Below are positions 56,740 to 64,000 of a DNA stretch of 64,000 bases, piece by piece. Source of the DNA: a virus; IMG/VR virus record IMGVR_UViG_3300035157_001159, positions 24,618 to 88,617 of that record; one strand, written 5' to 3'. The position numbers and the translations under genes were made by a program. Every line of letters starts with the position of its first letter. Position 1 is the stretch's first letter. Below the pieces are notes generated by a model. The model was not told where the DNA came from, made no database searches, and saw only the letters and a list, made by a program, of their open reading frames with translations.

Positions 56740-57273
56740 ATGTCAGAAAGACCAACAAATTGGCAACAAAGACAATATCTTTCTTTTGGTCCACATTTTA
56801 GGATAGAATCTGCTAATCCTGAGATGGGAATCAATGGATCTATAGTTTATGATTTGTTTGCTCAAACTGCTAATGGTGATAAAAGCATTGTTGGCATGGC
56901 AAATGGTGGTCTTTATCACATTTATAATGATCAAGCAATTGAAATAGTTGGTGGACAAGAGGATGAATCTGGTGGAGTTAATATTAATATTATTGGTAAG
57001 AATGGTGATGTTTGGATTACAGCACAACAGAATGGTGAGGTGAAGATAAGAGGGAAGAAGATAGTAGTGGATGCTGATGAGGATATGGATCTAGTTGCAG
57101 GTAATAATGTAACTATTAAAGCTGGAAATAGAATATTACTTAAATCAAACGTAGCAGATTGTGATGCTTTAAGAGGTAATCTAGCACCTAGAGATGTTAC
57201 ATTTTTAGGTCAAGTATACGGAGGTAGTAAACTTGGTATCGATAAAATTCCATCTGGTGGGTTGATATCATGA
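56740..57273 (+). CDS. gp5 C-terminal beta-helix-like spike protein
   Basis: NGDVWITAQQNGEVKIRGKKIVVDADEDMDLVAGNNVTIKAG beta-repeat pattern. Confidence 0.6.
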   Translation: MSERPTNWQQRQYLSFGPHFRIESANPEMGINGSIVYDLFAQTANGDKSIVGMANGGLYHIYNDQAIEIVGGQEDESGGVNINIIGKNGDVWITAQQNGEVKIRGKKIVVDADEDMDLVAGNNVTIKAGNRILLKSNVADCDALRGNLAPRDVTFLGQVYGGSKLGIDKIPSGGLIS

Positions 57274-60200
57274 CACAAGAGAAGGAAAGGTATCCTGGTA
57301 ATCCGTCGTATGAGGATAGTGCTACTACCAACGTTGTTGGTGATGGTGAAAACGGTGGTGTAGTAGAATTTAATGATGATGTATATGTTTATGGCACACT
57401 TTATGCTGATGTATTTGGTTCTGCTTTAAATGTTGATAGTTTAACAGAATTAGAAGTTGGAAAGTTAGTAGTTAATGATGATGCTATTTTCAATAGTGAT
57501 GTTTATATTGCTGGTGAATTAGATGTAGAATATTTAACAGTAAAACAAAGATTTAATGTTGGTGTTGGTGGTAGTGTACTTACTGCTATTTCATCAGCAA
57601 AGTATGAAGATGATGGTCAAATACCTGGCCGAGTAGGTATAGGAACTTCACAACCTGACGGTAGATTCCAAGTTAATGTTGGTGGAGAGGGTCTTGACCC
57701 AGAAATGCCAGTTGATCCCCTTTATTCTGCTTTTATTGTTACTGATAAGGGTGGTATTGGTATTGGGACAACGCAACCTGATGGTAAATTCCAGATTGGT
57801 GATGAATGTGTAACAGTTACTGAAGAGTGTAGAGTTGGTATAGGGACCAGTCTGCCTGATGGTAAAGTGCAGGTTGGTGTAAGAGAAAAATCATTTATTT
57901 TAGCACAAGATCCTAATACGGGAGTTACTTCAGTAGGTATTGGAACAACACAACCATACCAACATCTGCAGGTTGGTGAAAAAGATGATTCTTTTGTTGT
58001 AACTGAAACGGGTATTGTAGGAATTGGTAGTACAGATCCTGGTAATATACCTAATTATGATGCTTCTATTGATGGTCCGATAAAACTTGATGTAGAAGGA
58101 ACGGTCAAGATTGATAGGAATATAATTGACTCTGCTGATTCACCAGGTGTCAATGGATACTACATGAATCAGGATGTAAATGGTATTCGTTGGATACAAG
58201 CATCTCCTTTAAGTCTTGATGGTATGTATGCCCAAGATGAGGGTGTTTATCTACCTAATAATAGTGCTGCTCAGTTATTTACTGTTTGGAATTATAAACA
58301 AATTAACAGTCAAGGTACTGGTGTAGATAATCTAATTCCAATACCAAATCCAAATAATCCAACAATGATCTGTGATATACAGACACAGGATTTCTGGGGT
58401 CATAATGGAACTAACATCTATAGGATGACCAAGGTTGGTATTAATAATAATAATCCATACGCTGATTTAGATATAACTGGAGAAGTTCATGCTACTGGTA
58501 ATGTTGATTTTGATTCTCAGTTAAATGTTGATGGTGATACGTATTTAAATGCTAAACTAGATGTTGACGGTGCTACAACTTTAAATGCTACACTAGATGT
58601 AGATGGTAATACAACTTTAAATGCTGCATTAGATGTAGATGGTGGTACAACTTTAAATTCTACTTTAGATGTAGACGGTCTTACCACATTCAATGATGGT
58701 ACTGATGCCTCTAGTCCTACAAATGCTTCTGTTCAATTGGATGGTGGTTTAGGTGTTGTTAAAAAGGTACATATTGGTGGAAAGGTAACTGTTGATGATG
58801 CTACTCAATCAAATGACAAAGATACTGGATCTATAATTACTGAAGGTGGTGTTGGTATTGAAAAGAATTTAAATGTAGGTCAGAATACAAAACTTATTGG
58901 TACTTTAGAATTAGAAAGTTTCTTAATTGATAAAATTAATAAAACTGGATATGATTCTAGTAAAACTAAGAATGATTGGAGATTATCCGCATACGCAGAT
59001 GGTGTAAAATGGAGACCTTCTGGTGTAGAAACTAAGAATACTTTTTGGGTAACAAAGGATGGTGATGATACAAATACTGGATTGCTAGAAGGTGATGCTA
59101 TGGCAACTATAGGTGCTGCAGCTGCGGTAGCACAAGAGGGTGATACTATTAAAGTTCGTTCTGGTGTTTATACTGAAAATAATCCTATTGGATTGAGGGA
59201 TAATGTTACTGTAACTGGAGAAGATCTTAGATTAGTTAGTGTAATTCCTTCTAATACTAATAAAGATGTTTTTCATGTTAGACGTGGTTGTTTAATACAG
59301 AATCTAAGTTTTCATGGTTCAAATGGCGTACAGACAGAACATTCGACAAAGATGGGTGCGGTTGCTTTCCCACCAACTATAGCAGATATTAATAGTGGTG
59401 AATTTTTCCAAGCAGTGACTGGATATACTGTTGTTGGACCAGCAAATGAAGGATCAACGGGTAGATATAAGAGTCCTTATATCAGAAACTGTACTAATTT
59501 TATGACTAAGAGTATTGGAATGAAGATCAATGGTCATCATGTGAATGCTGCTTATACTGGAACTAATGATCTTGGACAAGATCTAAAGAGTATGGTTTGT
59601 GATTCATTTACACAATATAATGAGGCTGGTATTGGTGTTTCTATTTCTCATAATGGATATGCTCAGTTAGTTTCTATCTTCACTATTGGAAATAAGATTG
59701 CTATTGGTTGTACTTCTGGTGGACAATGTGACCTTACAAACTCTAACTCATCATTTGGTATTTTTGGATTAGTTGCTGATGGTGTTGGTGCTGTTGAATT
59801 TGATGGAACAACTGAGGAAGCTATTGGTGGAGAATCTGATAGTGTTAAATTATTGGAATGTAGAGATTTTAATAGTCCCAGAAGATATAGAACACCATTT
59901 GATGGTCAGGGAGCATATTTTCATTTAGATTTAAGTACATATCAAGATGTTTTACCTTCATATAGTGGAACTGTAACTAAACCATTAGAATTTATTAGGT
60001 CTGTTGAAGTAACAAATGGTGGTAATGCTGGTGAGTATAGTGCTTCTGCTCCACCAGTTGTTACTGCTACTTTACCTAGAGGTCCAGAAGCAATTTTTGC
60101 TGAGTTTTCTCCAAATATAACTGAAGATGGTAGAATTGAATCAATTGATGTAATTGCTAGTGGTAGAAATTTCTTACCAGTAAATAATGATGCTTCTACT

Positions 60201-60689
60201 AGAGATAATACTAAAGAACAAGAGTGTATAATTACTATATCTGGTGGTGGATCAGCAACTGCTGAAGCAAATATGGATCCTATATTATTTACTGTTGATG
60301 AAGCAACTGAAACTCCTACAGTATTACCAGATAGAGGAAAGACTACAATAACTTTTAATGAGTTTATTCCATATTCTGTAACTGCTGGTACTAAGGTAGA
60401 GTTAGTAAGGTTGAGTAGGATTATTACCAGTTCACATTCGTTTGAATACATAGGTGCTGGTACAGATATAAATACAGCTAACCCATTCCAGGCTGGAAAA
60501 CCAATACCAGAAAATGAAGTTGTTGCCATTAATGGCGGTCAAGTTCCTTTCACAAGTACGGATCAAAAAGGTAATTTTAGAATTGGTGACGGATTGACAA
60601 TTGATCAAACTACGTCTACAATACGAGGAAGGGATTTTAACAGAGCAATACAAGCACAATTAACACCACTGATATTAGCATTGAAATAA
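57270..60689 (+). CDS. Large tail fibre/structural protein
   Basis: Several (V/I)GIGT.(Q/L)P repeats; 12-aa repeats; C-terminal half paralogous to ORF 16721 (SPYI.NC, DSFTQ, STDQ.GNFR.G). Confidence 0.78.
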   Translation: MTQEKERYPGNPSYEDSATTNVVGDGENGGVVEFNDDVYVYGTLYADVFGSALNVDSLTELEVGKLVVNDDAIFNSDVYIAGELDVEYLTVKQRFNVGVGGSVLTAISSAKYEDDGQIPGRVGIGTSQPDGRFQVNVGGEGLDPEMPVDPLYSAFIVTDKGGIGIGTTQPDGKFQIGDECVTVTEECRVGIGTSLPDGKVQVGVREKSFILAQDPNTGVTSVGIGTTQPYQHLQVGEKDDSFVVTETGIVGIGSTDPGNIPNYDASIDGPIKLDVEGTVKIDRNIIDSADSPGVNGYYMNQDVNGIRWIQASPLSLDGMYAQDEGVYLPNNSAAQLFTVWNYKQINSQGTGVDNLIPIPNPNNPTMICDIQTQDFWGHNGTNIYRMTKVGINNNNPYADLDITGEVHATGNVDFDSQLNVDGDTYLNAKLDVDGATTLNATLDVDGNTTLNAALDVDGGTTLNSTLDVDGLTTFNDGTDASSPTNASVQLDGGLGVVKKVHIGGKVTVDDATQSNDKDTGSIITEGGVGIEKNLNVGQNTKLIGTLELESFLIDKINKTGYDSSKTKNDWRLSAYADGVKWRPSGVETKNTFWVTKDGDDTNTGLLEGDAMATIGAAAAVAQEGDTIKVRSGVYTENNPIGLRDNVTVTGEDLRLVSVIPSNTNKDVFHVRRGCLIQNLSFHGSNGVQTEHSTKMGAVAFPPTIADINSGEFFQAVTGYTVVGPANEGSTGRYKSPYIRNCTNFMTKSIGMKINGHHVNAAYTGTNDLGQDLKSMVCDSFTQYNEAGIGVSISHNGYAQLVSIFTIGNKIAIGCTSGGQCDLTNSNSSFGIFGLVADGVGAVEFDGTTEEAIGGESDSVKLLECRDFNSPRRYRTPFDGQGAYFHLDLSTYQDVLPSYSGTVTKPLEFIRSVEVTNGGNAGEYSASAPPVVTATLPRGPEAIFAEFSPNITEDGRIESIDVIASGRNFLPVNNDASTRDNTKEQECIITISGGGSATAEANMDPILFTVDEATETPTVLPDRGKTTITFNEFIPYSVTAGTKVELVRLSRIITSSHSFEYIGAGTDINTANPFQAGKPIPENEVVAINGGQVPFTSTDQKGNFRIGDGLTIDQTTSTIRGRDFNRAIQAQLTPLILALK
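58521..58700 (+). repeat. Five 36-bp (12-aa) tandem coding repeats L(D/N)VDGxTxLNxx
   Basis: LNVDGDTYLNAK LDVDGATTLNAT LDVDGNTTLNAA LDVDGGTTLNST LDVDGLTTFNDG. Confidence 0.85.
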
Positions 60690-62339
60690 ATGGCAATAGC
60701 ACCCGTAAATAAGTTTATTAATATTGCTGTTCCTGTAGCACCAGGTACACAGAAGATATATGAAGTTCCTACAGGAACAACTTCACTATTACTTTACGCA
60801 CAGGTTGCTAATGTTGCTATAGGTCAGACATATCCAACAGTTGAATTTTTTCAGAGAAGAGAATCAAGAAGTACTGGTAATACTAGAGATATAAGGGTAT
60901 TAAAGGGAGCAGAAATACCACCAAATGATGGTGTAATATTAGTTGATGGTAGAATGGTGTTGGAGAAGACACCTTTGGTATTGGATAAAATTTATATTAG
61001 AGGAACTCAGCAGAATGTTGGTATAATAACAGGTGTAAACTATGATGAACCAACAGGTATTGCCACAGTTATGTGTGGAGGACTTCATAAGTTAAATGCA
61101 GGTGATCCAATAACTATGGGTGGAATTTATTTTACTTGTGGTAGTGCTTATACACCTGGTAATGCAACAACATATAATCCTACTACTGGTCTTTTGGTAT
61201 TAGATATTGGTACTCACTCTTTGACTGTTGGACAGAAAATTAAGATTAATAATGGAGCAATGAAGTTCACTTGTGGACAAGATGGTGGTGCTACTCAACA
61301 TGCTTATCCTCGTTCTTCAGACCCTGCTGGTAATGCTACTTCTTTAACTATTTCAGCAGTCACAGGAACTACTGTTACTGTACAGGTTATTAATAGTCCT
61401 CCTTCTACAAATACAACAGCTCATAGTTTTGTTGCTGATAGTGGAGTTGCTAATTCTGTTACTGATTTAGCATATAGTGGTATCACTACAAATATATTCC
61501 CTGATCCACAACAGTCTTATGTTGTTGATAGAATAGTTGATAACGTTGGAACATCGAGAACTTTTTCAACTTATCTTGGTAGTGCTAAAGGAAATGTTCA
61601 TAATTATGAACCTGCTGTTCATAAATTTGTTCGTGCTCAACCAGAAGCTCTTGAGGTTATTAGTAGTACTGGGCATAGTGGTGTAGATCAGTTTACTGCT
61701 GGATCAGGTACATCATACGATCCAAATACTGGTGTTCTTAGTGTTACAACTACAGGTACTAATAGTTTACAGAATGGTGATAGAGTTAAATTTGCTCTCA
61801 ATTCCTTTACTTTTGAGTGTGATAAGGATAGTAGAGCAACAGAACACCAATATCCAAGAGCAAGTGATCCTATTAATGGAAAGTGGTTAGAAGTTTCTAA
61901 TGTTAATTCATCAGCTAATAGTTTTGATGTACAGGTATTAAATTTTGTTCCCTCTACTAATACATCAAATCATTATTGGAAAGAATCTACTGCAAATGGC
62001 ATAACTAAACAAGGAACTATGTTTAATGTTTATGATGCTGAGTATGATCCTATTTTGGGTGAAGTTAAATTAACGATTGGTCCAAATAATCTTGCTAATA
62101 ATGACACTGTAATGCTTGTTGAAAATTCTTTAATATTTACTTGTACTATGGATAATCATGATAGTGAACATGCTTATCCTCGTGATACAGATCCTGCTGC
62201 AAATGCTGCTCTGGGATTAGCGGTTGCACAAGCAAATAGTTCAATACGAATTAATGTTGGAAGTTCTCTTTCTGGTGGGTTTGTTGCTCCATTGGAAATG
62301 GAATTGATAGCAAGTATTCTCGAAAATAGTAATGTATAA
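60690..62339 (+). CDS. Virion structural protein with ~105-aa repeated beta domains
   Basis: Repeats Y(N/D)P.TG.L...F.C..D.....H.YPR..DP. Confidence 0.75.
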   Translation: MAIAPVNKFINIAVPVAPGTQKIYEVPTGTTSLLLYAQVANVAIGQTYPTVEFFQRRESRSTGNTRDIRVLKGAEIPPNDGVILVDGRMVLEKTPLVLDKIYIRGTQQNVGIITGVNYDEPTGIATVMCGGLHKLNAGDPITMGGIYFTCGSAYTPGNATTYNPTTGLLVLDIGTHSLTVGQKIKINNGAMKFTCGQDGGATQHAYPRSSDPAGNATSLTISAVTGTTVTVQVINSPPSTNTTAHSFVADSGVANSVTDLAYSGITTNIFPDPQQSYVVDRIVDNVGTSRTFSTYLGSAKGNVHNYEPAVHKFVRAQPEALEVISSTGHSGVDQFTAGSGTSYDPNTGVLSVTTTGTNSLQNGDRVKFALNSFTFECDKDSRATEHQYPRASDPINGKWLEVSNVNSSANSFDVQVLNFVPSTNTSNHYWKESTANGITKQGTMFNVYDAEYDPILGEVKLTIGPNNLANNDTVMLVENSLIFTCTMDNHDSEHAYPRDTDPAANAALGLAVAQANSSIRINVGSSLSGGFVAPLEMELIASILENSNV

Positions 62340-62341
62340 TT

Positions 62342-64000
62342 ATGCCAAGGTATCTTAGTGGTAGAGTAAGAAAGGATCCTCCTGAGAAGTTAGATCCAGA
62401 AAGGTATAAATTTTTAGGTCTTGAACAGGCAGAACCAACTTTAGGTGATCCTGGTACAAGTGATCCTGTTCCTTCTGGATCTCAGTATCAGTTAGTTGCT
62501 GTTCCTGGTAATCCTGGTAAAAGATATTGGGTTCCTGTTGGTGGTGGATTAATTCCAGGTGCTATTAGTGTATATGATGAAGGAACTATAGTAGGTAGTG
62601 CTAATAGTATTACACAACTTAATTTTGAAGGTGCTGCTGTTGAAGCCTTTGTAGATGTTCAAAATCCTTCAGGACATCCTGGTATTGCTGCTACTGTAAC
62701 TGTTATACCAACTACAATTGGTTCCGATCCACCTCCTGATCCAAGACATGGAGAGTTGTGGTGGGAGACTGATAGTGGTGATATGTTCATATATTTTATT
62801 GATGAAGATGGAACTGGTGTTTGGGTTACTGCTAACTCAGGTGGTGGTAATGTAAATCCAGGGCCTCCTGGTGCTCCTGGTCCTCAAGGTAATATAGGTC
62901 TTACTGGTCCTGATGGACCTCCTGGACCTTCTGGTCCTCCTGGTGCTCCATCAACTGTAGCAGGTCCTCCTGGTCCTCCAGGTGCTGGTGGTCCTCCAGG
63001 TGATGCTGGTCCTCCAGGAAATCCGTCTACTGTTGCTGGTCCTCCTGGTAATACTGGTCCTCCTGGACCTCCAGGTCCTGCGTCAAATGTAGCAGGTCCT
63101 CCTGGTCCTGAAGGTCCTCCTGGACCTGCTGGTCCTCCTGGTGCTGATTCTACTGTAGCAGGTCCTCCTGGACCTCCTGGTCCTGCTGGTGGTCCTCCTG
63201 GTCCTCCTGGACCTGGTGGTCCTCCTGGTAACGCTGGTCCTCCTGGTGCTCCAGCAACGACACCTGGACCTGCTGGTCCTCCAGGTCCTCCTGGAACAGA
63301 ACCTGGTCCTCCTGGACCTGCTGGTCCACCTGGAACTAATCCTGGACCTCCTGGTCCTGCTGGACCTCCTGGTCCTCCTGGACCGTCTCCTGCTGGTCCT
63401 CCTGGTCCTGCTGGACCTCCTGGTACACAACCTGGTCCTCCTGGTCCTGCTGGTCCTCCTGGACCGTCTCCTGCTGGTCCTCCAGGTTCTGCTGGTCCTC
63501 CTGGACCTCCTGGTCCCGCATCTCCTGGTCCTGCTGGTCCTCCTGGACCTGCTGGTCCTCCAGGTACTCAGTCTGGACCTGCTGGTCCTCCTGGTTCTTC
63601 TGGTCCTCCTGGTAACGCTGGTCCTCCTGGTTCTTCTGGTCCTCCTGGTGGCGGTGGTCCTTCTGGTCCTCCTGGTAGCGGTGGTCCTCCTGGTCCTCCT
63701 GGAACTACTCCTGGACCTCCTGGTCCTGGTGGTCCTCCTGGTCCTGCTGGTCCTCCTGGTGGATCTGGAGCTGCTAGTATTGGGGTAGCTATGAATGTAG
63801 TGACATCAAATACTGCTATTTCTTCACATAATAGTTGGACACAAATTATGCTTTGTCAGATTTCTAAATCTGCAGGCACTGATATTTTAGTTCGGGGACA
63901 TTTTAATTTCTTATATGGAATTCTAAATGATACTGATGAAGATGCTGGTATGAATGCTTATTTCAGAATTATGAGAAGAATAGGAACATCTGGTGGTTGG
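62342..64000 (+). CDS. Collagen-like fibre protein, 3'-truncated (not in ORF track)
   Basis: ATG at 62342 (MPRYLSGRV...); frame open to the window end; [10 protein letters not shown] motif, then a Gly-X-Y tract. Confidence 0.88.
   Translation, partial: MPRYLSGRVRKDPPEKLDPERYKFLGLEQAEPTLGDPGTSDPVPSGSQYQLVAVPGNPGKRYWVPVGGGLIPGAISVYDEGTIVGSANSITQLNFEGAAVEAFVDVQNPSGHPGIAATVTVIPTTIGSDPPPDPRHGELWWETDSGDMFIYFIDEDGTGVWVTANSGGGNVNPGPPGAPGPQGNIGLTGPDGPPGPSGPPGAPSTVAGPPGPPGAGGPPGDAGPPGNPSTVAGPPGNTGPPGPPGPASNVAGPPGPEGPPGPAGPPGADSTVAGPPGPPGPAGGPPGPPGPGGPPGNAGPPGAPATTPGPAGPPGPPGTEPGPPGPAGPPGTNPGPPGPAGPPGPPGPSPAGPPGPAGPPGTQPGPPGPAGPPGPSPAGPPGSAGPPGPPGPASPGPAGPPGPAGPPGTQSGPAGPPGSSGPPGNAGPPGSSGPPGGGGPSGPPGSGGPPGPPGTTPGPPGPGGPPGPAGPPGGSGAASIGVAMNVVTSNTAISSHNSWTQIMLCQISKSAGTDILVRGHFNFLYGILNDTDEDAGMNAYFRIMRRIGTSGGW
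62861..63760 (+). repeat. Interrupted collagen (Gly-Pro-Pro/Gly-Pro-Ala) repeat, about 300 codons
   Basis: GGTCCTCCT-type 9-bp repeats in frame with the ATG at 62342. Confidence 0.92.

Noticed and set aside
59942-60529. 195-aa minus-strand ORF
   Set aside because: Antisense shadow fully inside the 1139-aa fibre gene, with no motifs or expression signals
63083-63788. Leu/Val-rich, Arg-rich and Gln/Asp-rich ORFs in the ORF track
   Set aside because: Off-frame readings of the collagen repeat; the real gene starts at 62342 and has no stop within the window
1-64000. tRNA/rRNA genes, introns, inteins, transposases, homing endonucleases
   Set aside because: No recognisable signatures by eye; intergenic gaps are short and explained by promoters or terminators (tRNAscan/Infernal not run)

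Overview
AT-rich segment of a large T4-like marine cyanophage genome (P-SSM2-like myovirus; a Prochlorococcus/Synechococcus host is inferred from gene content). Layout: (i) 1-24.4 kb, late-promoter-driven virion/tail-fibre region with a subtilase carrying an inserted cupredoxin domain, three giant Gly-rich modular proteins and two Cys-rich paralogues; (ii) 24.5-31.4 kb, early-promoter sugar island (GT9-like transferase, carbamoyltransferase, split HldE halves, HAD phosphatase, cupin, HldD, 2OG-Fe(II) oxygenases); (iii) 31.4-45.5 kb, glutaredoxin, more oxygenases, a tandem glutamine-riboswitch-like locus whose second aptamer encloses a 57-codon ORF upstream of a DUF4278 peptide, thyX, phoH, exonuclease, gp33, three nitrilase-family paralogues, gp59, gp32; (iv) 45.7-64 kb, T4-like baseplate/tail module (gp53, gp48, gp2, gp4, gp54/19-like, gp26, gp51, tape-measure-like pair, gp27-like, gp5) ending in a Gly-Pro-Pro collagen-like gene that runs off the window. 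Best leads: the ORF-in-aptamer riboswitch, a candidate -1 frameshift fusing gp26 to gp51, the ADP-heptose/carbamoyl island lacking GmhA, the Cu-site subtilase, and a twice-repeated ~130-bp terminator/palindrome/early-promoter cassette. All calls were made by eye from motifs; no database searches were run.
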